From Bacteroidota bacterium (GTDB lineage: Bacteria > Bacteroidota > Bacteroidia > Bacteroidales > VadinHA17), in the NCBI GenBank assembly GCA_030618105.1, contig JAUXED010000002.1, forward strand, positions 15 to 64,014: a stretch of 64,000 nucleotides of DNA. Direction: 5' to 3'. Positions 1 through 9,793 of this stretch are shown here, piece after piece (the first letter of the stretch is position 1; each line of letters starts with the position of its first letter). The position numbers and the translations under genes were made by a program. The notes beneath the pieces are model-generated. The model made no database searches. It saw nothing but the letters and a program-made list of their open reading frames with translations, and was not told where the DNA came from.

Positions 1-2844
1 TTTAACAAGACACTATCCTATATTCCCGTAAGAGAGAAAAACTACCATGATGCAGTTCAGTCACTAAAAGATCAACTGGGACGGCGTTTTCGTAAATACA
101 ATATCCAATTATATACTGATGGTCAGCTGTTCCGAAATTTGATCCCTAATTATTTCAGAGAAGAAATGGAAATCGATTCTTCCAGATTATCCCCGCAAAA
201 GAGAAGACCCGTTCCTCTGATAAAAAAAGTAAGTGGATTGGAATCAGTGGATGGTCTGTATAATAAATACATTGCTCTGTGGCCAAGTCATGGTTATTAT
301 TATGAATCGAAATTAGATCGGTGGGAATGGCAACGCGCCCGGTTGCATACTACTGTGGAAGATATATTTCCAATGACATTTGTGTTGCCTTATCTCGTTC
401 CGATGCTTGAAAATGCAGGAGCTACCCTGTTTTTACCCCGCGAAAGAGATATACAGACCAGGGAAGTGATAGTTGATAATGATGTGGTAACTGATAACTC
501 TGAAATTATTGCATATGGGGTTAAACCGGATACGATTACAGGTTATGGATTTACCTGGAAAGACACATTACAATCAGGAGAAAACCCTTTTACTATGGGG
601 AGTCACCTCAGGTTCAGAGCATCAGATAGCGATTCTGCTTATCTGAAATATATCCCTGAAATCCCGGAGGATGGCGATTATGCTGTGTATATCAGTTATA
701 CACAGAGCGAAATGAATGTGTCAGATGTGAAATATTCCGTCTATCATACAGGCGGGAAAACTGAATTTTTTCTGAATCAGCAAATGGGTGGCGGAACATG
801 GATTTATCTTGGGACATTTCACTTTGTTAAAGGTATAAATCCGGATATTGGTTGTGTCAGGGTTTCTACTGAAAGTAAAGAATCAGGGTGGGTAACCGTT
901 GATGCAATAAAATTTGGAGGCGGTATGGGAAATGTAGCCAGGAGACCTTCAGAAGAATTGATGCCTGACAAATGGTCATTAAAAAATGGACAAAACAAGC
1001 AATCTGATGAAAATCTGAAAACCAATCCCAATGATTTTCGATGGAAATTAAGTCATAAGCCAAGGTATATGGAGGCAGCCAGGTATTGGCTGCAGTATGC
1101 CGGTATGCCGGACACTTTGGTTTACAGCCTGAACGATGAAAAGAATGACTATAATGATGATTACCAGTCGCGCGGGGAATGGGTGAATTACCTGATGGGA
1201 AGTCCTGACGGACCAACAAATCATCGTGATATAACAGGGCTTAAAATTCCTGTGGATCTGTCATTTGCTTTTCATACTGATGCCGGTGTTACTGTTAACG
1301 ATTCTATTATTGGTACGCTTGGTATTTATAGCTCCGTCAGGGATGGGGGAATCTTTCCGGATGGACAATCGAAAATGGCCAGCCGGGACCTTTCAGATAT
1401 TATTCAATCTGAGATTGTAAATGACATTCGTATGCTGTTTAATCCAAAATGGACCCGTCGTGGTTTATGGAATAAAGAATATTCCGAAGCATGGAGGGCA
1501 AATGTTCCTACAATGTTATTGGAATTAATGTCGCACCAGAACCTGGCGGATATGCATTTTGGTCTCGACCCGCGTTTCCGTTTTGCAGTATGCCGTTCCA
1601 TTTACAAAGGTATGCTCAGATTTCTTGCTTACCAGGAAGAGCGGGATTATGTAGTGCAACCCCTGCCGGTTGATCATTTCTCTCTCACACATTTGGGGGA
1701 TAAAACCATACGCCTGAGCTGGAAGCCTGTTATGGATCCGCTTGAATCTACTGCTAAACCGGAAAAGTACAAGCTTTACAAACGTGATGGAAATATGGGG
1801 TTTGATAATGGGGTTATTGTTGAAGATACTTCTGTTGTGATTGTATTGAATGACTATGGTCGGATTTACAGTTTCAAAGTATCTGCGGTTAACAGTGGAG
1901 GTGAGAGCTTCCCGGGTGAGATACTTTCGGCGGGATTTATAGACGGGAGTGATAAAATCGCACTGGTGGTAAATGGCTTTGACCGTATTTGCGGGCCTGC
2001 TATAATTGATAATATTGAATTGGCCGGGATTGGATGGTGGGACGATCAGGGTGTGCCATACAAATATGAATTGGGATATACAGGAGCACCCTATGATTTT
2101 GATCGTCAATCACCCTGGTTAGATGATGATAGTCCCGGCTGGGGTGCAAGCTATGGTGATATTGAAGGGAAAATAGTTCCCGGAAATAGTTTTGATTTCC
2201 CATTTATACATGGGGAAGCTATTTTGGCAGCCGGATATTCATTTGTTTCAATAAGTGATGAGGTTTTTTCGAATGATACTTTTAGTCCGGAACCATTTAA
2301 CTTTGTTGATATAATTTATGGAGAGGAGAAGAGTACATCCGCTTTAAAAGATAATTCCATAATTAGATATAAAGTGTTTGCACCGGCAGTTCGCCAAAAA
2401 ATAAAACAGTATACTGAATCCGGAGGAAATCTGTTTATTTCGGGTGCTTATATTGCTTCGGATTATATTCTGAGTGATGATACACTGGCTAAGAAATTTG
2501 CTGAAAATGTATTACACTATTCCTGGCGGACTAACCATGCTGTAAAAAACGGAGATGTGTATGTCACTGATTATGCCAGGCAAATATTTAGTGGTCAGTG
2601 GGCCTTTAATACCACTTATAATCCTGATATTTATTTAGTTGAAGCACCGGATGCCATTGAGCCGTTTGGTGATGGTGCCATTACTGCTTTTCGTTACCGG
2701 GAAAACAATGCAAGCGCCGGAATTTGCTTTAAAGGCGAATATAAAACAGTGATCCTTGGATTCCCTTTTGAAACAATTATTAAAAAAGATCAGCGCATTG
2801 ACTTTATGAAACAGTTGGTTAACTTTTTTGAAAAGGACAATTGA
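1..2844 (+). CDS. Large secreted amidase-like protein with a golvesin-C-like beta-sandwich and an FN3-like segment; 5' end lies outside the window
   Basis: Frame 1 is open from nt 1. There is no stop in the 46 codons before the TTG at 139 used by the ORF track, and no in-frame ATG, so the gene runs off the left edge. Segments GGGTWIYLGTFHF and LTHLGDKTIRLSWKP...FKVSAVNSGGES suggest the domain types. Function is by family resemblance only. Confidence 0.6.
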   Translation, partial: FNKTLSYIPVREKNYHDAVQSLKDQLGRRFRKYNIQLYTDGQLFRNLIPNYFREEMEIDSSRLSPQKRRPVPLIKKVSGLESVDGLYNKYIALWPSHGYYYESKLDRWEWQRARLHTTVEDIFPMTFVLPYLVPMLENAGATLFLPRERDIQTREVIVDNDVVTDNSEIIAYGVKPDTITGYGFTWKDTLQSGENPFTMGSHLRFRASDSDSAYLKYIPEIPEDGDYAVYISYTQSEMNVSDVKYSVYHTGGKTEFFLNQQMGGGTWIYLGTFHFVKGINPDIGCVRVSTESKESGWVTVDAIKFGGGMGNVARRPSEELMPDKWSLKNGQNKQSDENLKTNPNDFRWKLSHKPRYMEAARYWLQYAGMPDTLVYSLNDEKNDYNDDYQSRGEWVNYLMGSPDGPTNHRDITGLKIPVDLSFAFHTDAGVTVNDSIIGTLGIYSSVRDGGIFPDGQSKMASRDLSDIIQSEIVNDIRMLFNPKWTRRGLWNKEYSEAWRANVPTMLLELMSHQNLADMHFGLDPRFRFAVCRSIYKGMLRFLAYQEERDYVVQPLPVDHFSLTHLGDKTIRLSWKPVMDPLESTAKPEKYKLYKRDGNMGFDNGVIVEDTSVVIVLNDYGRIYSFKVSAVNSGGESFPGEILSAGFIDGSDKIALVVNGFDRICGPAIIDNIELAGIGWWDDQGVPYKYELGYTGAPYDFDRQSPWLDDDSPGWGASYGDIEGKIVPGNSFDFPFIHGEAILAAGYSFVSISDEVFSNDTFSPEPFNFVDIIYGEEKSTSALKDNSIIRYKVFAPAVRQKIKQYTESGGNLFISGAYIASDYILSDDTLAKKFAENVLHYSWRTNHAVKNGDVYVTDYARQIFSGQWAFNTTYNPDIYLVEAPDAIEPFGDGAITAFRYRENNASAGICFKGEYKTVILGFPFETIIKKDQRIDFMKQLVNFFEKDN

Positions 2845-2866
2845 AACAGAGAAAAAAACTTAATTC

Positions 2867-3814
2867 TTATTCTTTTTCTATTTGATATTCAACAAATGCA
2901 ACCTTTTTACTGTCGGGCGACCAGGAGGGGACATTTATGGTTCCCTGTCCCCCAAAAAGTTTAACAACAGTTTCCGGTTTGCCTCCCTTTACCGGTATTA
3001 TCCTTAATTCAACCGGTTTGTTAGCAGGATGCCCATCTACCTCCGGTTCGTATGAAAGAAACAATATCCATTTGCCGTCAGGTGAGGGATGGGGAAACCA
3101 ATCGTTTTTATCATCAAATGTTAACTGTGTCTGTTCCGAACCGTCAGTAAGCATACGCCAAATTTGCATAGTGCCGGTACGTACAGAGTTGAAGTAGATA
3201 TACTTGCCGTCAGGTGAATAATCCGGACCATCATCCAGACCGGTAGCTGAGGTAAGTTGTACCTCTTCACCATTATCAATGGATATAGTGTAAACATCAT
3301 ATTCGCCATTTCGCTGTGCACAATAAGCCAGGTGTTTACCATCGGGCGACCAGCCATGAAGATAGGATGGTCCGTTCGGTGTAATAAGTTTTGGAGTCCC
3401 GCTTTTTATCGGGACAGTATAAATGCGTGAATGACCATCACCCTGCGTATGATGACTAATAGCTATATGGTTGCCATCAGGCGATAGCACATGGTCGTTG
3501 TTACAACGGTCGGCAAACCCTGTAGGGATCAGTTCCTGTTCTCCGCCGGTAACAGGGATCCGGTAAAGCTTTCCATTACTGTTAAAGATCAGATACTGCC
3601 CGTCTAAAGTCCAGTTAGGTGCTTCAAAATGATCATGTACGGAATAAATAATGTCAATTTCTTTAGTGTACACATCAATGATTTGAAGACGGGAAGTAAG
3701 AGATTGTTGCTGTGACTGGCTTAAAAGAGTTGAATTTCCTATAGTAAAAAACATAATAATCAGACTTGGTTTAGTAAAGAAGGTTGATAATCGATTCACG
3801 GGAAATAATTTCAT
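2867..3814 (-). CDS. TolB-like PD40 beta-propeller protein, secreted
   Basis: N-terminal hydrophobic signal. Five repeated PD40-type blades: [59 protein letters not shown]. Confidence 0.8.
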   Translation of the reverse strand: MKLFPVNRLSTFFTKPSLIIMFFTIGNSTLLSQSQQQSLTSRLQIIDVYTKEIDIIYSVHDHFEAPNWTLDGQYLIFNSNGKLYRIPVTGGEQELIPTGFADRCNNDHVLSPDGNHIAISHHTQGDGHSRIYTVPIKSGTPKLITPNGPSYLHGWSPDGKHLAYCAQRNGEYDVYTISIDNGEEVQLTSATGLDDGPDYSPDGKYIYFNSVRTGTMQIWRMLTDGSEQTQLTFDDKNDWFPHPSPDGKWILFLSYEPEVDGHPANKPVELRIIPVKGGKPETVVKLFGGQGTINVPSWSPDSKKVAFVEYQIEKE

Positions 3815-3901
3815 TATGTAGCGTTTTTTATACTTTATTTTCGAAATTTAATGAAAGTATTCTAATAACCATATAAATCTGTTGTAAAAAATGAAAAAAG
3901 A

Positions 3902-3951
3902 ATTACGTTATTAATTACGTTATTAATAACGTTATTAATAACGTAATTAAT
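3902..3951. repeat. 12-bp-phased self-complementary array (ACGT + TATTAATA)
   Basis: ACGT cores at 3905, 3917, 3929 and 3941, exactly 12 bp apart, separated by the palindromic octamer TATTAAT(A/T). This yields overlapping 16-bp palindromes TTAATAACGTTATTAA. Confidence 0.9.
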
Positions 3952-3988
3952 AAACAACAAATTTGCAGATCAACCATACACTGCTCCC

Positions 3989-5158
3989 TTAGCCTTCTTT
4001 CATCATAGGATACCGTTTAAACCCGGCATTCCTGTCGAACAGGTACCTGTATGTGATATAATGTTTTGCTGAAACACTACCGACAGAAATAAATATCTTC
4101 CGCATTTTAGGGTTAAAATCACCTACCCATGAGAATTCAATTTCTTTATAATGAGGTTTTCTTTTAAATACCTGTATCAGATTCCAGATAAAAGCCGATT
4201 CAATACCAAGTCCCTGGTATTTAGGGATTACCCCCATCAGTACACCACGTGCACGGGTAATGGTCTTTTTTTGTTTCAGGTAAACAAATTTTAGTTTATT
4301 CAGGAGATGCAGCTTTCCGTTAAGATGTTTTAGTATCTGGTTAACATCAGGGTACATAAGGTAAATAGCAATTGGCTTTTTATTTCTGTAGGCAATCCAT
4401 ATAAATTCTTCATCAATTATGGCTTTTGCTTTTTTAAGAGTTTTTCTGATATATTCCGGCTTTAGAGGTTCGAAATTTTCCTTGAAGGATTCCCATGCGA
4501 CATTGAATACTTCGGCAAAATCATGTGTAAATTTCTCCTGGTTGTTCCAGGAAAAGTGTTTGAATTCATATTCCGGTTTTTTTGCCACCCATTCTGCAAT
4601 TTTCAGGAATCTCTCAGGGATTTCTTTGGTAAGGTCATGATGAAATCCTTCCTGCTTGTAATAGGTTTTGAATCCGTACAATTCAAAAAGATCCTGATAA
4701 TATTTGTGATTATAAGCTATTTCGTATGAAGGATGAGTGAATCCGTCTACGAGCAGGCCCCAGTAACTATCAGTTTCTCCAAAATTTACCGGACCGTCCA
4801 TTGCCTCCATTCCTTTTTCCTGCAGCCATTTTTTTGCTGTATCGAATAAAAGAAATGCAGCTTCTTTATCATTAACACATTCAAAAAACCCCATACCACC
4901 GGTTGGCTGGTCTTGTATGTGTGCTGTTTTAAAATCAATAAATGCGGCAATCCTGCCAATCAGGTTATTGTTATCATCTTTTAAAACCCACTGTTGCGCT
5001 TCGCCATGGCTATAGTAGACATTTTTTTCAGGATTAAAAATTGCATCAATTTCATTGTCTAACGGACAAACCCATGTGTCATTATTCTTGTAGATTATTT
5101 TTGCAACCTTAGTAAATTCCTTTCCGGTTTTTTTATTATCAACTTTAATTAATTCCAT
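3989..5158 (-). CDS. Conserved hypothetical protein, possibly a GNAT-like acyl-CoA N-acyltransferase fold
   Basis: 389-aa ORF 15 nt downstream of the acyl-CoA ligase on the same strand. The family assignment is from recollection of similar Bacteroidota proteins, with no motif-level proof. Confidence 0.5.
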   Translation of the reverse strand: MELIKVDNKKTGKEFTKVAKIIYKNNDTWVCPLDNEIDAIFNPEKNVYYSHGEAQQWVLKDDNNNLIGRIAAFIDFKTAHIQDQPTGGMGFFECVNDKEAAFLLFDTAKKWLQEKGMEAMDGPVNFGETDSYWGLLVDGFTHPSYEIAYNHKYYQDLFELYGFKTYYKQEGFHHDLTKEIPERFLKIAEWVAKKPEYEFKHFSWNNQEKFTHDFAEVFNVAWESFKENFEPLKPEYIRKTLKKAKAIIDEEFIWIAYRNKKPIAIYLMYPDVNQILKHLNGKLHLLNKLKFVYLKQKKTITRARGVLMGVIPKYQGLGIESAFIWNLIQVFKRKPHYKEIEFSWVGDFNPKMRKIFISVGSVSAKHYITYRYLFDRNAGFKRYPMMKEG

Positions 5159-5173
5159 AATATTCCACTTTCC

Positions 5174-6958
5174 CTATCCTGCTGGTTGTTTGATGTAAAT
5201 TTGTTCAAGTAATTTTATATATTTCTCCTCAATATTTTTTCGTCGCAGCTTAAGTGTGGGTGATAGTTCTCCTGTTGCCGGAGACCATTCATCCGGAACC
5301 AGTTTAAACCTGTTTATTCTTTCGGGATTACTGAAGGTTTTGTTGAATTTCTTAACCTCCTTGTTAAAAAGGGTCAAAACCTGCGGTAATTGAATTAATT
5401 CTTCATTATTTTCGAAAAGAATATTTTGAGAAATGCACCAGTCTTCAAAGTACGCGAAATTTGGGGATATAAGAGCACTGGCAAATTTCTCATGTTCCCC
5501 GGTAACCATTATCTGATCAACTAAAATCGATTCTTTGATCCTGTTTTCAATGATCTGGGGTGCAATGAATTTACCGTTCGACAGCTTAAATATTTCCTTT
5601 TTCCTGTCGGTTATTTTAAGGAATTTGTCTTTATCCCAGGAACCAACATCTCCTGTGTGAAACCAGCCATCATCGTCAAAGACCGATTTTGTAAGCTCAG
5701 GATCCTTATAATATCCAAGCATTACATTGTGGCCTTTACACAGGACCTCACCGTCCTCAGCAATTTTCACATCAACTCCTTCAATCAACTTTCCTACTGT
5801 ACCAAGTTTAAAATCAGGTTTTGTGCTTTTGTTAATTGTAATTACAGGAGAAGTTTCGGTAAGACCATACATATTGAGAACTTTAATGCCACATGCCCAG
5901 AATATTTTCTCAAGACGAGGTTGCAATGTTGCCCCACCACAACCAACCAACTTAATATTTCCTCCCAGTGCTTCTCTCCATTTACTAAAAATAAGTTTAT
6001 CGGCAATTTTTAATTTCCGGTTATAAAACCATCCGTTGTTGCCATCGGCTTTATATTTCAAACCGAGCTTAACAGCCTGGAAAAATATTGATTTCTTTGG
6101 TTGTGGCAGCTTTTTGCCTTTAGCTATTACAGTATCGTAGATCTTCTCCATTATTCGTGGAACAGCATCAAACCCGGTAGGTTTTATCTCACGCATATTT
6201 ACAGCAATTGTTCCCATATTTTCGGCATAATATATACTGGTGCCGCTATATTGAGTCTGGTAGTTGCCCATACGACCGCCCACATGACAAAGGGGTAAAA
6301 CAGATAAATATTTATCTTCAGGTTTCAGGCAAAACACTTCAGCAGCAGCCAGGAAATTCCTGACAAGATTTTTATGCGATAGCATTACACCTTTTGCAGT
6401 ATCTGTTGTACCGGATGTGTAAATCAATGTTGCAAAGTCATCAGGGATGATTTCCTTTTTAATTCTTTCAATCTCCTCTTTGAACTGATCTGTATTTTTT
6501 CTCCCGGATTCAATAATTTCCATCCAATTTTTAACCCCTTCTATTTTGTCAAATGAATAGAAATATTTCAAATCTTTAACTTGTTCAAATGCAGGGTTAA
6601 TTATCTGGTACAATTTCTTGTCGGAAACAATAACCGCCTTTGCGTCAGAATGTTCCAGGATATGCTTATATTCATCGGTACTGAGTGAAGGAAAAACAGG
6701 CACATGAACAACACCGATCATTGCCATTCCCATATCGACAAAATTCCATTCAGGACGATTGTTGGAAACGGTTACAATTTTATCTCCCTTTTTAAATCCA
6801 AGGTTCAAAAGTCCGGCGCTGAATGCATGCGACAGATCGATGTATTGTTGAGTACTGTATTTTACCCATTTGCCGTTTTCTTTTGCTGCCAGTGCATCTT
6901 CTTTATCGAAATTTTCCTGATACCGGTCGAGCAAATCAAATGTTCTGGTTACTGTCAT
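5174..6958 (-). CDS. Long-chain fatty acid-CoA ligase (AMP-dependent synthetase)
   Basis: AMP-binding signature LIYTSGTTDTAKGVMLSH and C-terminal GWFHTGD...DRKKEIFKLSNGKF. Confidence 0.9.
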   Translation of the reverse strand: MTVTRTFDLLDRYQENFDKEDALAAKENGKWVKYSTQQYIDLSHAFSAGLLNLGFKKGDKIVTVSNNRPEWNFVDMGMAMIGVVHVPVFPSLSTDEYKHILEHSDAKAVIVSDKKLYQIINPAFEQVKDLKYFYSFDKIEGVKNWMEIIESGRKNTDQFKEEIERIKKEIIPDDFATLIYTSGTTDTAKGVMLSHKNLVRNFLAAAEVFCLKPEDKYLSVLPLCHVGGRMGNYQTQYSGTSIYYAENMGTIAVNMREIKPTGFDAVPRIMEKIYDTVIAKGKKLPQPKKSIFFQAVKLGLKYKADGNNGWFYNRKLKIADKLIFSKWREALGGNIKLVGCGGATLQPRLEKIFWACGIKVLNMYGLTETSPVITINKSTKPDFKLGTVGKLIEGVDVKIAEDGEVLCKGHNVMLGYYKDPELTKSVFDDDGWFHTGDVGSWDKDKFLKITDRKKEIFKLSNGKFIAPQIIENRIKESILVDQIMVTGEHEKFASALISPNFAYFEDWCISQNILFENNEELIQLPQVLTLFNKEVKKFNKTFSNPERINRFKLVPDEWSPATGELSPTLKLRRKNIEEKYIKLLEQIYIKQPAG

Positions 6959-6972
6959 GGTTTTGTTTTTTT

Positions 6973-6980
6973 CAAAGATA
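6973..6980 (-). promoter_or_regulatory. Candidate Bacteroidota -7 box TATCTTTG for the acyl-CoA ligase gene
   Basis: The plus strand reads CAAAGATA, the reverse complement of TAnnTTTG, 15 nt from the start codon at 6958. Confidence 0.4.
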
Positions 6981-7011
6981 GAAAATTCCTGATCATCAGG
7001 GAAATGGGTAT

Positions 7012-8844
7012 TTATTGAGTTGATTCAGATATTTCAACCTGAAGATCATCTACGAATAGTTCCCCTTTTCCTCTAAGCCAGATATATGCTTTCAGCTTAT
7101 CGGTTTTCCGGCGGACTTCAGGGGTAAGATAATCGAAACAAATACGGTTCCATTCATTCAGTTTGAGATTCATATTCTCCGAATCAAATGCTTTATATTT
7201 GTATGCATATCCATTGTATTCAAAATGGATTACAAAACTGAAGGGATTGGTTCTAATATCCACTGTGGGGTAAATATATGCACTTGCCTGTATCCATGCA
7301 TGGTCCTGATCAGTGATTTCCCGGTAGCTTGCCTCAATTACAGGTGAATAAATATTTAAGCTATCAAGTAAAACAGATTTCTTTCCTGATAATGCAAACC
7401 GGGTTGAAAAATTATTTTTTAAATCCTCAAATTCTCTTTTTTGAAGTAACTTCCTGTCATATTCTTCTTCATTTGCAAAGTTTTCTTTACCATCGAACGA
7501 CCGTTTTATGAGTAACAATTTTTTGTCCTCTTCATTGGCATGGGTTTTTCCGAAAACTTTGAAATAATAATCTTTTGTCATCTGGTCGGAATAGATTATT
7601 CCATGGATAAACTGCCAGGTTTGAAAAAGGTTAAGAACAATAAAAGCAAACATGACAAAGTAAATAGTAATCCGGAAATTTCGTTTTTTGTCATTTAAGT
7701 AAACCAGGAAATATCCCAGAGAAATAGCCATTACCGGATAGGACTGGATCAAGGCTCTTTGGCCAAAACTTTGTGCATACCACCAGCACGACCAGCTTGA
7801 TACAATATAAAGATTTGCAATAAAATAAATTAACAGAGGGTAAAAAATTGATCTGTTTTTTTTATATAAACCGGCAAATCCCAATAATGAGAATATCATC
7901 ACGGGAGTATAAATAAGCCATCCTTTTCTGAAACTGAAAAGTGCTTTAAGAGTATAGGGATTCAAAAACTCAAACCCTTCACCTGCATTGGCTCCATAGC
8001 TGTTAAAAAGGAATTTACCGGTGAAGATTTTCCAGTAAATAAATTGAAGACCACCAATTGTCAATAAGATTATTAATAATAGTATAACTTGCTTTTTTTG
8101 TCGAACAAGCAGATTAAATTTCTCAATTACTGTTTCTTTATTCCATACACCCCAGAAAAGCGGAATAGCAAGACAAACAATTTCCGATGGTCTGCTTAAA
8201 ATTGTCAGACCGCAAACAATTCCCAGTAAAATAATGTGTTTAAGTTTCTGTGAGCGATGCCATAATATTGTCAGCCAGATAATAATGGCATAAGTGGTAA
8301 ACAGGAAATTGTGCGACATGGCATTTTGCCCGTGGAATGAACTATGATAGAAATAGTTTGTTCCAAGAACAATGATTACCATGGTTATTGCGGTAATCTT
8401 ATCACTGAAAAATTGAATAAGTACTTTCCGTAAAGCAATAATCCCGGTAATAGTAAAAACCTGACCGCCGATAAATATTGCATATTGATAGGGGAGGGAA
8501 AACCCATCAGCAGGGTGGGTGGATAGTTTGGCAAACAGATGACCGATGAAGAAAAACGGGGAATAAAGAATAGACATCCCCATACTGTATTTCATAACAT
8601 AATTGCCTGCAGGAAGTTTTATCGCCTGGTAAAAAGTGGCACTATTATGGTATTTATTGATGATCTCATGAATAATATTTTCGTTATTTAATCCAAGATC
8701 ATGGTAAATAAATGTAAAAGGTAAATAGAGGTAATAACCAAATACATCCCAGGATAATATATTGTCCGGGAAGAAGGTAAAACCGCTGTATACCAAAATA
8801 GCTATCAGAAGGATAGTAACTGTTTTTGAAACAGGGAATTTCAT
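7012..8844 (-). CDS. Polytopic membrane protein, ArnT/PMT-like (GT-C fold) glycosyltransferase candidate
   Basis: Many predicted TM helices followed by a soluble C-terminal region. Start moved from 8928 to the ATG at 8844 (MKFPVSKTV...), which begins directly with a TM helix. The family call is tentative. Confidence 0.55.
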   Translation of the reverse strand: MKFPVSKTVTILLIAILVYSGFTFFPDNILSWDVFGYYLYLPFTFIYHDLGLNNENIIHEIINKYHNSATFYQAIKLPAGNYVMKYSMGMSILYSPFFFIGHLFAKLSTHPADGFSLPYQYAIFIGGQVFTITGIIALRKVLIQFFSDKITAITMVIIVLGTNYFYHSSFHGQNAMSHNFLFTTYAIIIWLTILWHRSQKLKHIILLGIVCGLTILSRPSEIVCLAIPLFWGVWNKETVIEKFNLLVRQKKQVILLLIILLTIGGLQFIYWKIFTGKFLFNSYGANAGEGFEFLNPYTLKALFSFRKGWLIYTPVMIFSLLGFAGLYKKNRSIFYPLLIYFIANLYIVSSWSCWWYAQSFGQRALIQSYPVMAISLGYFLVYLNDKKRNFRITIYFVMFAFIVLNLFQTWQFIHGIIYSDQMTKDYYFKVFGKTHANEEDKKLLLIKRSFDGKENFANEEEYDRKLLQKREFEDLKNNFSTRFALSGKKSVLLDSLNIYSPVIEASYREITDQDHAWIQASAYIYPTVDIRTNPFSFVIHFEYNGYAYKYKAFDSENMNLKLNEWNRICFDYLTPEVRRKTDKLKAYIWLRGKGELFVDDLQVEISESTQ

Positions 8845-8938
8845 TGGATGTTCATTCAAGCCGGGAATAAATGTAAGGATTTTTTTGTATAGCTTTTGAT
8901 TTAAGAACAAAGCCTGCCCCGAACACAAAGTGTCGGGG

Positions 8939-9066
8939 GAACAATGATTAACGATTTCTGATTTATCTGTTGAATGTAGTAAACTATTCCATAGGGTGAA
9001 TTTGCGAATAATAATTTTCTCATTTCGTTCTCTACTTCTAAATTCTTAAATCGTTAATCCTTGTTC
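8939..9066. repeat. 19-bp inverted-repeat pair flanking 90 bp (MITE-like element or long-range hairpin)
   Basis: GAACAATGATTAACGATTT (8939-8957) versus the reverse complement of AAATCGTTAATCCTTGTTC (9048-9066): 18 of 19 positions match. Confidence 0.75.
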
Positions 9067-9091
9067 GATATTCAATTAAATCTTTTTGTTT

Positions 9092-9529
9092 CTATCTGTC
9101 TCCTGTAGGGACCACAGTCAGGGAGTCAATAAGTAAGCTCCCACCAGGTTGTTTAACATGCACAAAATAAGCGCCTTCGTCAAAGTTTATTATATTTAGT
9201 TGTTCACCTTCAAGGTAAACTATAACAGAATCGCAGTTCTCACCCGGTGATAATTTTCCCCAAACTTCAACATTAATTGTGTCCTCATTAGTCTGAGGAT
9301 AAAAATGAGAGAATGAATAACAATTATTATTACCAATTGTTCCGTAGAAACTGATAAAAAGAGTATCGGCTGTTGTTATCGTATCTGCTAAATCAATACT
9401 ATCAACCTCAACTAAAAAATAAGTGTCCTGTTCTTCTTCATCAAATTTTACGCAACTGGTGAATATTATCATATATCCCAGTATGGTTGTGATTATTAAT
9501 CCTGTATAAAAACTGATTTTTGATTTCAT
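9092..9529 (-). CDS. Small lipoprotein, unknown function
   Basis: Start taken at the internal ATG (MKSKISFYTGLIITTILGYMIIFTSC). A signal sequence ends in the lipobox-like FTSC. Confidence 0.6.
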   Translation of the reverse strand: MKSKISFYTGLIITTILGYMIIFTSCVKFDEEEQDTYFLVEVDSIDLADTITTADTLFISFYGTIGNNNCYSFSHFYPQTNEDTINVEVWGKLSPGENCDSVIVYLEGEQLNIINFDEGAYFVHVKQPGGSLLIDSLTVVPTGDR

Positions 9530-9793
9530 TTCCTGTGTTTTTAGATTATTTATTAGTACCAATATCATTATGAAATAGTTCTTTCTGTCTCATCAACAGA
9601 ATAGAATAAACAAGCAACTTGAGTTTATTAATAAAATCCATTCGGCAATTCAATCTTTTTTATAAGACGGATTAGTCAGCAAAATAGTTGCTTTTAATAA
9701 ATGTCAAAGATAAAAAATATAATATCCGTTTTTTCTCTACCTTAGATTTTTAATTAACCCAAGTTACTACTTATTTACAAATGAGTAAAAATG

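Noticed and set aside
1525-2109. A 194-aa antisense ORF inside the large amidase-like gene. Similar long antisense ORFs occur at 14544-15041, 32354-32767, 35790-36161, 36721-37071, 40264-40827 and 42602-42931.
   Set aside because: All lie fully within strongly supported genes on the opposite strand, most of them ribosomal proteins. They have odd low-complexity composition and no recognisable family. Such ORFs are expected by chance opposite long genes in AT-rich DNA.
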